A stretch of DNA of 64,000 nt from Candidatus Aldehydirespiratoraceae bacterium (lineage in GTDB: Bacteria > Actinomycetota > Acidimicrobiia > Acidimicrobiales > Aldehydirespiratoraceae). The translations under genes were made by a program, and so were the position numbers. The stretch lies in NCBI GenBank assembly GCA_965198315.1, contig OZ240616.1, positions 509,586-573,585 of the forward strand, written 5' to 3'. Under the pieces are notes generated by a model, which was not told the DNA's origin, did no database searches, and saw only the letters and a list, made by a program, of their open reading frames with translations. How positions within the stretch are numbered: position 1 is the first letter of the stretch; the number at the start of each line of letters is the position of its first letter. Shown here piece by piece: positions 1 to 10,403 of this stretch.

Positions 1-1616
1 CGCCCGCCGCGGCCTTGTGTCTTGAACTCTTCTGCCATGACCGTCTTCACATAGCCGGCGGCGCTCATGGTGACCACCAGCGGGTCGTCATCGATCAGAT
101 CCTCGATATCGAATTCGCCCGGATCGATTTCGAGTGTTGAGCGGCGGGGTTCACCGAATTTGTCGCGAATTTCGGTGAGTTCGTCGATGATCACTCCGCG
201 GAGCTTCTGATCGTCGCCCAGGATCGCTTGGAGTTCTGTGATTCTCTCTTGCAGGTTGGCTGCTTCTTCTTCGAGATCAGACCGGCCGAGTCGGGTTAGT
301 CGGCTGAGCTGCATGTCGAGGATGTGGTTGGCTTGCACTTCGGAGAATTCAAACGGGTCTGCCATCAACGCGTCACGGGCCGCGCTGCGGTCCTGGCTGG
401 CGCGGATGGTGGCGATGATCTCGTCGATCAGGTCGAGGGACCTGATCAGGCCTTCAACGATGTGCAGGCGTTTCTCGGCTGCATCGAGACGAGATTGCGA
501 ACGCCGGGTGATGACCTCGATTTGATGGTCAACGTAGGCGACGAGTGCTTCTCGCAGATTGAGGGTGCGGGGCACCCCGGCGACCAGCGCGACCATGTTG
601 ACGCCGAAACTGGTTTGCAGTGGTGTGCTCTTCCAGAGGTTGTTGAGCACGACTTCCGGGTTGGCGTCGCGTTTGAGGGAGATCACGAATCGGGTGTCGT
701 CCCCGGATGATTCGTCGTTGATGTCGGAGATGCCTTCGAGTTCTCGGGTGTCTACCAGGTGGGCGATTTTCCGAGCGACCGCCCCGGCGGAGACCTGATA
801 CGGGAACGCGGTGACGATGAGCGCTTGGCGGTTCTTGATCTCTGCGATCTCGATCGAGGCCCGTGATTTGACCGAACCTCGGCCTTCTCGGTAGGCCGCC
901 TCAATGCCGACCCGGCCCAGTATCTGGCCACCCGTGGGGAAGTCAGGGCCTTTGACGTGTTCCATCAGGTCGTCGACTGTGGCGTCCGGGTTTCGCAACA
1001 GGTGGACAACCGCATCGCATACTTCGTTGAGGTTGTGCGGCGGGATATTGGTGGCCATTCCGACTGCAATGCCTTGACTTCCGTTTACCAGCAGGTTGGG
1101 GAAGCGGGCCGGGAGAACTTGTGGTTCGCTGAAATCGCCTGAGTAGTTGTCGACGAAATCGACGGTGTTCTCGTCGATTCCGGCGAGCATGTGCATGGCG
1201 AGTGGGTGGAGCCGTGATTCGGTGTAGCGGGCTGCGGCCGGTGGGTCTTCTGGCGATCCGTAGTTGCCGTGGAAGTCGATCAGCGGGTGTCGCAGCGAGA
1301 ATGGCTGGGCCATGCGGGCCAGCGCGTCGTAGATGGCGCTGTCGCCGTGCGGATGGAAACGGGCCATGACGTCGCCGGTCACGCGGGCGCATTTCACATG
1401 GGCTCGGTCGGGCCTGAAGCCTTGGTCGAACATTGACCAGAGGATGCGCCGGTGCACCGGTTTGAGGCCGTCACGGGCATCTGGCAGAGCCCGGCTGATG
1501 ATGACCGACATGGCGTAGTCGAGGAAGGAGCTTTCCATCTCTTCCTGGATCTCGATGGCGGTCACCTCACCGGGCTCGTCCTGGTCGTCAAGATCCACAG
1601 TTGGAGTGTCAGCCAT
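1..1616 (-). CDS. gyrA: DNA gyrase subunit A, N-terminal part (3' end lies beyond window start)
   Basis: Absent from ORF track because it is open at the window edge. My reverse-strand translation from ATG (cat 1614-1616) reads [60 protein letters not shown]...[21 protein letters not shown] and stays open to position 1. It lies 10 nt downstream of gyrB. Confidence 0.93.
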   Translation of the reverse strand, partial: MADTPTVDLDDQDEPGEVTAIEIQEEMESSFLDYAMSVIISRALPDARDGLKPVHRRILWSMFDQGFRPDRAHVKCARVTGDVMARFHPHGDSAIYDALARMAQPFSLRHPLIDFHGNYGSPEDPPAAARYTESRLHPLAMHMLAGIDENTVDFVDNYSGDFSEPQVLPARFPNLLVNGSQGIAVGMATNIPPHNLNEVCDAVVHLLRNPDATVDDLMEHVKGPDFPTGGQILGRVGIEAAYREGRGSVKSRASIEIAEIKNRQALIVTAFPYQVSAGAVARKIAHLVDTRELEGISDINDESSGDDTRFVISLKRDANPEVVLNNLWKSTPLQTSFGVNMVALVAGVPRTLNLREALVAYVDHQIEVITRRSQSRLDAAEKRLHIVEGLIRSLDLIDEIIATIRASQDRSAARDALMADPFEFSEVQANHILDMQLSRLTRLGRSDLEEEAANLQERITELQAILGDDQKLRGVIIDELTEIRDKFGEPRRSTLEIDPGEFDIEDLIDDDPLVVTMSAAGYVKTVMAEEFKTQGRGG

Positions 1617-1626
1617 GTTGGAACCT

Positions 1627-3654
1627 TCAGAAGTCCAGGTTCCGCACTTCGCGTGCGTTGGTGACTATGAAGTTCTTGCGTTGTTCGACATCGTCGCCCA
1701 TCAGTATCGACATCACGTCGTCGGCGATGGCGTCTTGTTCGACCGATACCTGCAGCAGCGACCTGGAGGAAACGTTCATCGTGGTGTTGCGAAGTTCGTC
1801 CCAGTCCATCTCGCCGAGGCCTTTCAGTCGCTGGAAGTCCTTGGTGTAGTTCGGACGGCCGGCTAGGAATTCGTCTTTGGCGGCGTCGTCTTTGAGGTAG
1901 ACGGTTTCTTTGTTGGAGACTTTTGTCGAGTACAGCGGCGGTTGGGCGATGTAGACGTATCCGGCTTCCACGAGTGGCCGCATCTGGCGGAAGAAGAAGG
2001 TGAGCAGCAGGGTGCGGATGTGGCTGCCGTCGACATCGGCGTCGGCTAGCAGAATGATCTTGTGGTAGCGGGCTTGTTCGAGGTCGAACTCATCGGCGAA
2101 TCCTGCCCCGATCGCGGTGATGAGGGTTTTGACTTCGGCGTTTCTCAGCATCTTGTCGATTCGTGCCCGTTCGACGTTGAGGATTTTTCCGCGTATCGGC
2201 AGGATCGCTTGGGTTCGGGGATCTCGGGCTCGCACCGCTGAACCGCCTGCGGAGTCGCCCTCGACGATGAACAGTTCACGCTCGGCTGGGTCTTTCGATG
2301 AACAGTCTTTGAGTTTGTCGGGCATACCCGCACCGTCGAGCAATGATTTGGAGCGGATGGCTTTGCGGGCGTCGGCTGCTGCCACCCGGGCGCGAGCGGC
2401 GTTGGTTGCTTTGGTGATGGTGGCTTTGGCTTCGCCGGGGTGTTCTTCGAGCCAGTCGGCCATGCGTTCGTTGGTCACTCGTTCAACCAGCGAGCGCATT
2501 GAGACATTGCCGAGTTTCGATTTGGTTTGGCCTTCGAATTGGGGTTCGCCGATTCGGGCGGAGATGATCGCGGTGAGGCCTTCTCGAATGTCCTCTCCGG
2601 TGAGGTTGCCGTCTTTTTCTTTGAGCAGCCCTTTGCTCCGCGCATAGCTGTTGACGGAGCGGGTGACCGCGGAGCGGAAGCCTTGTTCGTGCATGCCGCC
2701 TTCGATGGTGGCGATGCCGTTGGCGAAACTGTGTATGCCGTCGGCGTTGAAGCCGGTGTTCCATTGGAAGGCGATTTCGACTTCGTGAGGGTTCTCGTCG
2801 ATCTCTTCGGAGCCGATGAAATATCCGACTGTTTCGAAGAGCGCTTCTTTTGAGGCGTTGATATGGCTGACGAAGTCGATGATCCCGCCGTCGTATTGGA
2901 ACGAGACCCAGTCGTTTGACACCGCGTTCGCTCGTTGGTCCCGCACCCGGATCTCCAGCCCGCGGTTGAGGAATGCCATCATCTGAAAGCGCTCCAGCAG
3001 GGTCTGGAACCGGAATTCGACTTCGTCGAAGATCTCCGGGTCGGGCCAGAATCGCACGGTGGTTCCGGTTCGGGGTCCGGTTTCGCCATTGGCTAGTTCG
3101 CCGATGACTGACGGACCCACCGGCTTCAGCCGTTGAATCAGCTCGCCGCCGTTGCCGAACAGCATGGCGTAGCGTTCGCCGTCACGATCGATCTCGACTT
3201 CGACTCGTTTTGACAGGGCGTTGACTACCGAGACCCCTACCCCGTGCAGTCCTCCAGATACTTTGTAGCCCTTGCCGCCGAACTTGGCGCCCGCATGAAG
3301 GACGGTGAGCACAACTTCAGCGGCTGTCAGGTCTTCGTAGTTGGGATGATTCTCGACTGGGATGCCGCGGCCGTCGTCTGACACTTCGCAGGCGCCGTCG
3401 GCACTCAGGGTGACGTTGACGCGCGTGCAGTGGCCGGCCATTGCTTCATCGACAGAGTTGTCGACGACTTCCCACACCAGGTGGTGCAGGCCGGTGGGTC
3501 CGGTGGAACCGATGTACATACCGGGCCGGGTGCGCACAGCTTCGAGCCCCTCGAGGATCGTTATGTCCTGAGCCTCGTAGGACGATTCGTCAGCGCTGAT
3601 CGTGTCTATTGTCATCTCGTTCTGTCCGTTCGAGACGCTGATTTCCAGGCCCAT
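1627..3654 (-). CDS. gyrB: DNA gyrase subunit B
   Basis: 675-aa ORF with GHKL ATPase and TOPRIM signatures ([72 protein letters not shown]). The true start may be the internal Met at MTIDT. Confidence 0.97.
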   Translation of the reverse strand: MGLEISVSNGQNEMTIDTISADESSYEAQDITILEGLEAVRTRPGMYIGSTGPTGLHHLVWEVVDNSVDEAMAGHCTRVNVTLSADGACEVSDDGRGIPVENHPNYEDLTAAEVVLTVLHAGAKFGGKGYKVSGGLHGVGVSVVNALSKRVEVEIDRDGERYAMLFGNGGELIQRLKPVGPSVIGELANGETGPRTGTTVRFWPDPEIFDEVEFRFQTLLERFQMMAFLNRGLEIRVRDQRANAVSNDWVSFQYDGGIIDFVSHINASKEALFETVGYFIGSEEIDENPHEVEIAFQWNTGFNADGIHSFANGIATIEGGMHEQGFRSAVTRSVNSYARSKGLLKEKDGNLTGEDIREGLTAIISARIGEPQFEGQTKSKLGNVSMRSLVERVTNERMADWLEEHPGEAKATITKATNAARARVAAADARKAIRSKSLLDGAGMPDKLKDCSSKDPAERELFIVEGDSAGGSAVRARDPRTQAILPIRGKILNVERARIDKMLRNAEVKTLITAIGAGFADEFDLEQARYHKIILLADADVDGSHIRTLLLTFFFRQMRPLVEAGYVYIAQPPLYSTKVSNKETVYLKDDAAKDEFLAGRPNYTKDFQRLKGLGEMDWDELRNTTMNVSSRSLLQVSVEQDAIADDVMSILMGDDVEQRKNFIVTNAREVRNLDF

Positions 3655-3672
3655 AACACTGTACTGAGTCTA

Positions 3673-3999
3673 TCAGTCGGGGGGCATTGATCCTTGCGGT
3701 CCAACCCTTACTTTGACGGCTTGAATCCGGTCCGATCCTGAGACTTCTTCGATCTTGGCTATGAGTTCTGTTTCGAGCCATTGAAGCTGGCTGGCCCAGG
3801 TCGGGTCGTCTGCGATTATCAGCAGCGTCTGACCGTCGATGACGCTGGGTCGGGCGTGGGCTGCTACATCTTCACCGACGATTTGGGGCCATTGCAGAAA
3901 CACTGCTCTGAGCACGTCTGTGCTGGGCGCTTTCATTGTGTTCAGTAGGCGCTCGACAGACCATCCAAGTTTTTTGGGCTCGTCGTCACCGCTGCTCAT
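3673..3999 (-). CDS. dciA: DUF721/DciA-like small protein (helicase-loading factor candidate)
   Basis: 108-aa ORF between recF and gyrB with a 4-nt overlap with the recF stop. This is the size and position of the actinobacterial DUF721 protein (mycobacterial Rv0004 position). Assignment rests on synteny and size only. Confidence 0.65.
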   Translation of the reverse strand: MSSGDDEPKKLGWSVERLLNTMKAPSTDVLRAVFLQWPQIVGEDVAAHARPSVIDGQTLLIIADDPTWASQLQWLETELIAKIEEVSGSDRIQAVKVRVGPQGSMPPD

Positions 4000-5081
4000 C
4001 GGGGCATTTCCGTGACGGTCCCTGCAGCCACTTTTAGCACCCGATCAGGTGTCGCTGTGGGGGGAACCCAGGTGGCTGTGGTGAGGAGGCGTTGGCCTTC
4101 GGGCAGGGCCTCGAGCAGCGCTTCGGCACGTCCGGCGTCCAGTTCGGAGAACACATCGTCGAGTAGCAGCACCGGCTCAGCGGTTCCGCCTTGGCGTACT
4201 AGTGCGTCCACTGCGAGCCGCATCGCTAGCACCAGTGATCGTTGCTCGCCTTGTGAGGCGTGGGTTCGAGCCGGCGTGTCTCCTATTTGTAGCGTGATCT
4301 CATCGCGGTGCGGCCCGATGGTTGATAGACCGCGTCGAAGGTCGACCGTGCGTGCCTGTTCGAGGGCTGCAGCTAGTTCGCCTTCCCAGCTTGGCAGGTA
4401 GGCGGCGCTGATCTCTGCGGGCTTTCCTGCTACTGCGTCGTATGCCGCCGATAGCTGGGGTTCGACTTCGGTCAGCAGGGTTTCGCGGGCGGTTCGTAGT
4501 GCGGTTCCGGTGGTGGCGAGTTTGGCGTCCCAGACATCGAGGGTGAAGGTTCCGTCGGCATCGAGTCGGCCTCCGCTGGATCGCAGCAGGGCGTTGCGTT
4601 GTCTGACGATCTTTTCCAACTCGCCGCAGAGTGCGTCGTGGCTGGGTTGCAGACTTGCTGCTGCGTCGTCGAGCCAACGCCGGCGGCCTGCGGGTCCTCC
4701 TTTCACCAGTTCCAGATCGTCGGGCGAGAAGATGGTCACGGGAACGACTCCGATCAGGTCTCCTTTGCGGCGAAGAGCCTGGCGGTTGATCTGCACACGA
4801 TTTCTGCCGACGCGTGGTAGTTCGACTTCGATCAGTTGTTTGCGGCCGTCGGGAGCTGTGGCGTGGGCGCGCATGATCGCCGCGTCTGCACCCATGCGGA
4901 TCAACGAGTCATCGGCTACTCCGCGAAATGATCCACGCCCGGCGATCCAGCTTATGGCTTCAAGCAGACTGGTTTTGCCCTGGCCGTTCTCTCCGACGAT
5001 GACGGTGAGGCCGGGATCGAACTCGACCGCGGCTTGGGTGTAGATGCGGAAGTCGAGTAGTTCCAGGGACTGTATTGCCAT
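3996..5081 (-). CDS. recF: DNA replication and repair protein RecF
   Basis: 361-aa ORF with Walker A GENGQGKTSLLEAI and Walker B-like LLLDDVFSELD, in the canonical dnaN-recF position. Confidence 0.93.
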   Translation of the reverse strand: MAIQSLELLDFRIYTQAAVEFDPGLTVIVGENGQGKTSLLEAISWIAGRGSFRGVADDSLIRMGADAAIMRAHATAPDGRKQLIEVELPRVGRNRVQINRQALRRKGDLIGVVPVTIFSPDDLELVKGGPAGRRRWLDDAAASLQPSHDALCGELEKIVRQRNALLRSSGGRLDADGTFTLDVWDAKLATTGTALRTARETLLTEVEPQLSAAYDAVAGKPAEISAAYLPSWEGELAAALEQARTVDLRRGLSTIGPHRDEITLQIGDTPARTHASQGEQRSLVLAMRLAVDALVRQGGTAEPVLLLDDVFSELDAGRAEALLEALPEGQRLLTTATWVPPTATPDRVLKVAAGTVTEMPR

Positions 5082-5105
5082 GCGGCTCGGCCAAGACGTT
5101 CGTCC

Positions 5106-6203
5106 CTAGCTGACGCGCACCGGCATCAGCAGATACAGAAAGTTGGGATCTTCGGAGGATTTGAGCAGAGCCGGTTTCAACTCGCCGAGGGTCTCCAGCA
5201 TGACCTCCGATCCTGGTGTTACTTCGATCCCGTCGATCAAATACTCGGGATTGAACGCAACCATCAGGTCTTCGCCTTGGTATTCGGCTTCGAGGACCTC
5301 GTGGGCTTCGCCCACTTCTTGGGTGACGGCTGCTACCTCGAGTCCTTCTGCGGACATCGACATGCGGATCGGAGTTGATTCCTGGGCTAGTAGACGAACG
5401 CGGCGCAGTGCATCCAACAGTCTTTCGCGATCAATGGTGAGGCGGTTGTCGTGGGCGTCGGGAATCAACCGGTTGTAGTTCGGGAAGTCGCCTTCGATCA
5501 GGCGGGTGGTGATGGTCACTGATCCGACTGAGAAGCTGGCGTTGTGTTCGCCTAGTGACAGCGTGATCTCCTCTTCCTCCCCGACGATTCGGGCGAGTTC
5601 TTTCAAAGCGCGGCTCGGCACCAGCACTTTTTGACCCTCACCCAGCACCGACAGGCCTGCTATGTCGCAAACTGCCAGGCGGTAGGAGTCGGTTGACACG
5701 AGCCGCAGCCCACCGGACTCCGCGGCCATCAGCACGCCGGTGAGGATGGGCCTGGCGTCGTCAGACGAGGCTGCTTTTTCTACTTGTTCGACGGCTGCTT
5801 TGAAGACGGTCGCGTCGAGGGTGACTACATCACCAGCGGGTTCGGGGATCTCGGGGAAGTCGTCTGTGGTGATCACCCGGATTGAGAATTCGGAGGGGCT
5901 GGCGACGATGCGTGCGTCCTGGGCTTCGATCCTCACGTCGACTGCGCCTGGTCGAAGTGAGCGAACTACATCGGCCATTAGTTTCGAGCGCATGACCGTT
6001 ACGCCGTCGCCGCCACCGTTGACAGTTACGGTCACTGAAATCGTCAGGTCGCCGTCGCTGCCCGTGGCGGTGAGTTGGTCGCCGGCAAGTTCAAGGCGTA
6101 CTCCGCCGATGACTGCTGTTCCCCCGCGGGTGGCTACACCTCGGCCGGCTACACCGAGGGCTTCTGCGAGTACGTCTCTTTCGCATCTGAACTGCATGCT
6201 CAT
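5106..6203 (-). CDS. dnaN: DNA polymerase III beta sliding clamp
   Basis: 365-aa ORF directly downstream of dnaA, with the length of a three-domain clamp and a typical C-terminus ...FLYLLMPVRVS. Confidence 0.93.
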   Translation of the reverse strand: MSMQFRCERDVLAEALGVAGRGVATRGGTAVIGGVRLELAGDQLTATGSDGDLTISVTVTVNGGGDGVTVMRSKLMADVVRSLRPGAVDVRIEAQDARIVASPSEFSIRVITTDDFPEIPEPAGDVVTLDATVFKAAVEQVEKAASSDDARPILTGVLMAAESGGLRLVSTDSYRLAVCDIAGLSVLGEGQKVLVPSRALKELARIVGEEEEITLSLGEHNASFSVGSVTITTRLIEGDFPNYNRLIPDAHDNRLTIDRERLLDALRRVRLLAQESTPIRMSMSAEGLEVAAVTQEVGEAHEVLEAEYQGEDLMVAFNPEYLIDGIEVTPGSEVMLETLGELKPALLKSSEDPNFLYLLMPVRVS

Positions 6204-6261
6204 TGTGCGATTACTTCTCCTGAGTCTTGTATGAACAGTTCTAGTAGGAGTTCATAGGGGT

Positions 6262-6277
6262 TGTGGATTGTGGATGA
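6262..6277. promoter_or_regulatory. two overlapping DnaA-box-like 9-mers (TGTGGATTG / TGTGGATGA) in the dnaA-dnaN spacer
   Basis: Sequence ttgtggattgtggatga. Each 9-mer is the reverse complement of a xxATCCACA DnaA-box variant. Confidence 0.5.
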
Positions 6278-6493
6278 ATGTCAGTTTGCCGTGTATTTCT
6301 GCAGTTCTTGCGTCCCCATGGTTTGCCTGTTGGTTCACAGCTTGGTTTGAGCTGAGGCGTTGGCTGTGGGTATTGCAAGAGTTGTGCACTTTGGCGCACT
6401 GGCGTTGCACAAGTGATCTACAGCTTTGTTCACTGCCTGCGTGCTGCGTGGCATAGGCGCCGAGTGCTCGGCCTCCCCCGTGTTGGCGTGGAA

Positions 6494-7918
6494 TCACGGT
6501 GGTTCGTTGAGCCGACGTTGAAGTTCGGTGACTTTGTCGAATATTTGTTGGCGTTCGCCCATTCGGGCTTCGATCTTGCGCACGGCGTGCATCACGGTTG
6601 TGTGATCACGGTCTCCGAAGGCGCGGCCGATGTCGGGGAAGCTGAGGTCGGTGACACTGCGGGTGACGTACATGGCAACTTGTCGTGCATCAACGAGTGG
6701 CCGGCGGCGGCTGCCTCCGATTATTTGTTCGATTTCCAAGCCGAACATCTCGCCTGTGAGTTCGATGATGCGGCCTACGGTTACCGGCGGTTTTTGGGAG
6801 CTGTTGATCAGGTCGGCGAGGACGTAGCTGGCGATTCGCATGTTGAGGGGCTGCTCGGTGAGGCTTGCGTAGGCGGTCACCTTGATGAGAGCGCCTTCGA
6901 GTTCACGGATCGACTGGGTGATGTTCTCGGCGATGAACGTAAAGACCTCGTTGGGGATGTGGACGGTTCGTGATTCGGCTTTTTTGCGGAGGATGGCGAG
7001 CCGGGTTTCGAGATCGGGTCGTTGGATGTCTGTGATCAGTCCCCACTTGAAGCGGTTTCGGAGGCGCTCTTCGAGGGTGGGCATGGCGTCGGGTGTTCGG
7101 TCCGACGACAGCACGATCTGTTTGTTGTTTTGGTGTAGTTCGTTGAATGTGTGGAAGAACTCTTCTTGGAGGCCTTCTTTGCCTTCCATGAACTGGATGT
7201 CGTCAATGAGGAGGACGTCGTTGGTGCGGTAGCGGCGTTTGAATTCGGGTTGCGTGTTGGTGCGGATTGCTTGGACGAATTCGTTGAGGAACGTTTCGGT
7301 TGAGACGTAGCGGACTTTGTAGTGCGAGTAGTGGCTCCCGATGTAGTGGGCGATGCCTCGCAGCAGGTGGGTTTTTCCGAGTCCTGAGTCTCCGTGGATG
7401 AACAGCGGGTTGTAGCTGGCGGCTGGCGTTTCGGCTACGGAGAATGCGGCGGCATGTGCGAAGCGGTTTGACGGGCCGATGACAAAATGCTCGAACGTGA
7501 ACTTCTCGTTGAGTTCGCTTCTGGCCTCGGGAATTGTTTCTGGAAGTGTCTCAGAAATCGTCTTTGACGTGGGCTTATACTCATCAGGTTCGGTTAGGTC
7601 GGCTGGCGGAATATCGAAGGGTTCTTCGATCCAGTCTGTATCGATCTCCACCCGGACGGTTGCGTTGGATCGACTTTCGGTGATCGCGTGTTTGACGAGC
7701 CCGAGGTATCTACCCTCGATTCGTTCTTTCTGCAAACCGTTGGGGACGACGATGACCAGCTCTCCCTCATCGAATGCTGCGGCTCTAGCTCCACTGAACG
7801 TGGTGTGCCAGACGGCGTCGCTTACTTGGGCACGAATACTCTCGGCACAGGCACTCCACAAACCGCTCGCATCGTCTGCCTCTTCGTTGTTCAATTGACT
7901 CTCCACAGGCTTGTCCAC
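6494..7918 (-). CDS. dnaA: chromosomal replication initiator DnaA
   Basis: 474-aa ORF with a GTG start. Walker A GDSGLGKTHLL, Walker B LLIDDIQF, C-terminal DNA-binding region ...AFGDRDHTTVMHAVRKIE. Confidence 0.97.
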   Translation of the reverse strand: MDKPVESQLNNEEADDASGLWSACAESIRAQVSDAVWHTTFSGARAAAFDEGELVIVVPNGLQKERIEGRYLGLVKHAITESRSNATVRVEIDTDWIEEPFDIPPADLTEPDEYKPTSKTISETLPETIPEARSELNEKFTFEHFVIGPSNRFAHAAAFSVAETPAASYNPLFIHGDSGLGKTHLLRGIAHYIGSHYSHYKVRYVSTETFLNEFVQAIRTNTQPEFKRRYRTNDVLLIDDIQFMEGKEGLQEEFFHTFNELHQNNKQIVLSSDRTPDAMPTLEERLRNRFKWGLITDIQRPDLETRLAILRKKAESRTVHIPNEVFTFIAENITQSIRELEGALIKVTAYASLTEQPLNMRIASYVLADLINSSQKPPVTVGRIIELTGEMFGLEIEQIIGGSRRRPLVDARQVAMYVTRSVTDLSFPDIGRAFGDRDHTTVMHAVRKIEARMGERQQIFDKVTELQRRLNEPP

Positions 7919-7929
7919 AGGTGTGGACG
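7911..7929. promoter_or_regulatory. inverted pair of DnaA boxes (TTGTCCACA g GTGTGGACG) overlapping the dnaA start codon
   Basis: TTGTCCACA matches the actinobacterial DnaA-box consensus exactly, and the partner lies 1 nt away in inverted orientation. Another CTCCACA lies at 7901-7907. Confidence 0.55.
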
Positions 7930-8094
7930 ACTATATTCTTGCGGTTGGGAAAAGGGAGCAACGGTGACTGACAAGTTTGTCGTTGTCGGTGAGGCAACCT
8001 AACCGTGGTAAGGGGTGAACTTAGCAACGTTCTCGATCTCTGCAACTTGAAACTGGAGGTCTTTTCATCGGGCCTGTTCACGGGACAATAAGTG

Positions 8095-8160
8095 CATTGA
8101 ATTACATGCGTGAAAGAAAAAATCTCTTTGTTGTAATTTCGATTGGGGATCCGAATTTTG
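8095..8160. promoter_or_regulatory. AT-rich tract in the dnaA-rpmH spacer (candidate DNA-unwinding element)
   Basis: cattgaattacatgcgtgaaagaaaaaatctctttgttgtaatttcgattgg is the most AT-rich stretch I noticed in the left half. Function is inferred only. Confidence 0.3.
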
Positions 8161-8313
8161 GTCTTCGGAGGTGTCTCGGTGACCTCACACAGACCGGTTG
8201 CGTGGTTGTTGCTGTAACCTTGCAACCCTACTGTGATCGAAACTATGTCGGATCCGAGGGACCCGGCGTGTGCCACAGCCGCACTATCTGCGGGTGGCTC
8301 TTGTGGAGGAAAA

Positions 8314-8448
8314 ATGAAGCGGACTTATCAGCCCAATGTGCGCAAGCGAAAAATGAACCATGGCTTTCGCGCTCGCATGAGTACTCGGGGTGGACGTGCA
8401 GTCCTGACCCACCGCCGTCAAAAGAAGCGGACGCGGCTTTCCGCGTGA
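8314..8448 (+). CDS. rpmH: 50S ribosomal protein L34
   Basis: [44 protein letters not shown]. The start is set at the internal ATG of ORF 8233..8448, with GGAGGA just upstream. Confidence 0.95.
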   Translation: MKRTYQPNVRKRKMNHGFRARMSTRGGRAVLTHRRQKKRTRLSA

Positions 8449-8852
8449 TTGAGGCGCTGTCTGGTCGTCGCTCCTTCGAACGTTTACGAACGGAGGGAAT
8501 GCGCCGCGGCCGAGGTCCGCTTCGGCTGGTTTCGCGGCCCGCGCCTGCCCATAAACCCACTCAAAGCGCGAAAATAGGGTTCTCAATCTCACGCAGAGTG
8601 GGAAATGCTGTACAACGCAACAGAATCCGACGCCGAATTCGCGCGATACTGCGCGACATCTCTCGTGACAACCCGTCGATTCTTCCGCCGGGCGACTACC
8701 TGTTCCGGGTCACCTCCAAGATCGAGCACTGGTCGCCCAGACAACTGCGAAACACCGTGACTGAGATTTTGTGCTCGGGACCCGAGCGGCCGGGTCAGCG
8801 TCGCCGACAAGAGCGGGAATCTGAGTCTGCAGTATCGGGTGCCGGCTCATGA
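8445..8852 (+). CDS. rnpA: ribonuclease P protein component
   Basis: These are the last 135 codons of ORF 8097..8852. GTG 8445 overlaps the rpmH stop (GTGA). Basic RNR-type motif [25 protein letters not shown]. Confidence 0.85.
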   Translation: MIEALSGRRSFERLRTEGMRRGRGPLRLVSRPAPAHKPTQSAKIGFSISRRVGNAVQRNRIRRRIRAILRDISRDNPSILPPGDYLFRVTSKIEHWSPRQLRNTVTEILCSGPERPGQRRRQERESESAVSGAGS

Positions 8853-9100
8853 GCTCCTATGCACCCAGTCCGTTGGCACGCCTGATACGCGCGTTGATCG
8901 GGGGGTACCAACGGTTGACCGCAGGACGAATATCACCATGCCGACATGTGCCTGGATGTTCGACTTATACGATTGAGGCCGTTGAGTCTCATGGCGCTAT
9001 CAGCGGTGGTTGGCTGGCAACAAAGCGCATATGTCGTTGTCATCCTTGGGGTACTTACGGGTATGACCCGGTGCCTGTAACTGGGGAGCCAGAATGTTAG
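8849..9100 (+). CDS. yidD: membrane protein insertion efficiency factor YidD
   Basis: 83 aa; [37 protein letters not shown] is the YidD signature. The ORF overlaps the rnpA stop. Confidence 0.9.
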   Translation: MSSYAPSPLARLIRALIGGYQRLTAGRISPCRHVPGCSTYTIEAVESHGAISGGWLATKRICRCHPWGTYGYDPVPVTGEPEC

Positions 9101-10335
9101 ACCCGATCTTCAACCTGACTGGCGAGGTACTCGCGTATTGCTACCAGCTTTGGCCGTCGTATGGCATGGCCGTTGCGGGTCTCACGCTTGTGGTGATGAT
9201 CATTGTCACGCCATTGACCCTCAAGGGCACCAAATCGATGCTCCAGATGCAGCGTTATCAGCCCGAGTTGAAGGCGATCCAGAATCGCCACCGGGGCGAC
9301 CGTCAAAAATTGAACGAAGAAATGATGGCGTTCCAGCAGGAGCATGGCATCTCCATGTTCGGCGGATGTTTGCCTCTGCTGGTGCAGATGCCGCTGTTCT
9401 TGGTGCTGTTCCGTGTGGTTCAGGGTCTGACTAGCCGGGCGACTAACTTCGGTAACCAATTTGGATGGACGAGTGGCCGCGTTTCTTCTGGCCTAGGACT
9501 CGACAGCACGGCATTCTCTTCGATTGATCGGCCGTTCCTGCCGCAGAATCTCCCGGTCGACAGTGACCTCTACTTGAGGCTTGCAGGCGGCGAGGGAGAC
9601 ACGATTGGGGATCGTCCAACAGAGATGGTGTCTTGGGGAATAGACCTGTCTCGCAGTGCTCAAGACGTGATTGGCGAAAGTTTTTTCTCGGGTCTCCCCT
9701 ATATGCTTTTGATTCTAATTGTGCTGGTATCCAGCCTTTTTCAACAGCGTCAGATCCAGGGACGGAACGCTTCGGCGATGCCTCCTCAGCAACAGATGCT
9801 GATGAAGATCCTTCCCTACATGTTGCCTGTGTTCAGCTTCACGATGCCGGCGGCGCTGGTTGTGTACTTCGTGGTCTCCAACATCTATCGCATCGGTCAG
9901 CAAGCCTACATAACCCGGAGTTTGTACCGCGGCGAGGACAGCCCGGGGGTTTTATTGGCCCAGAAGCGTGAGGCGATGAAGAACGACGAGGGTGATAGTG
10001 CCGGGCCGAAAGGGAGTATTACTCCGAAAAAGGGAGTGCCAACCCCAAAACGAGATGGCAGCTTTGCCAACAAGAAGGGTGGGAGACCAGCGGCCCGCAA
10101 GAATGTGCCGAGACAGTCGGGCGGTAAGAAAGACACAAGTCGATCGAAAAAGGATACGGGTCGATCGGAGGGCAGGAGAGCTGCGGACAAGTCTGGGGCT
10201 AAGGACAAAACGAGCAAGCCCGAACCGAAACGCACTGGTGCGGGTAGGACAGGGAACGCCCCGACTCGGCACCACGGGGGGTCTGGTCGTACGACCGAAC
10301 CAGGTTCTCCACAACACAAGAAACGAAAGAAGTAG
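9094..10335 (+). CDS. yidC: membrane protein insertase YidC with long Lys/Arg-rich C-terminal tail
   Basis: 413 aa with a YidC/Oxa1 core ([33 protein letters not shown]), followed by ~120 aa of basic low-complexity tail. Confidence 0.9.
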   Translation: MLDPIFNLTGEVLAYCYQLWPSYGMAVAGLTLVVMIIVTPLTLKGTKSMLQMQRYQPELKAIQNRHRGDRQKLNEEMMAFQQEHGISMFGGCLPLLVQMPLFLVLFRVVQGLTSRATNFGNQFGWTSGRVSSGLGLDSTAFSSIDRPFLPQNLPVDSDLYLRLAGGEGDTIGDRPTEMVSWGIDLSRSAQDVIGESFFSGLPYMLLILIVLVSSLFQQRQIQGRNASAMPPQQQMLMKILPYMLPVFSFTMPAALVVYFVVSNIYRIGQQAYITRSLYRGEDSPGVLLAQKREAMKNDEGDSAGPKGSITPKKGVPTPKRDGSFANKKGGRPAARKNVPRQSGGKKDTSRSKKDTGRSEGRRAADKSGAKDKTSKPEPKRTGAGRTGNAPTRHHGGSGRTTEPGSPQHKKRKK

Positions 10336-10403
10336 CGTCCAATCCCCCACCGCGGTGGGACTTCTAGGTGGGGTTGGCAGCGCACACAGCGAAAGGAGAA
10401 GTG

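Noticed and set aside
8097-8444. Upstream part of the 251-aa ORF 8097..8852
   Set aside because: It spans the dnaA-rpmH spacer and overlaps rpmH. Only the last 135 codons look like RnpA.
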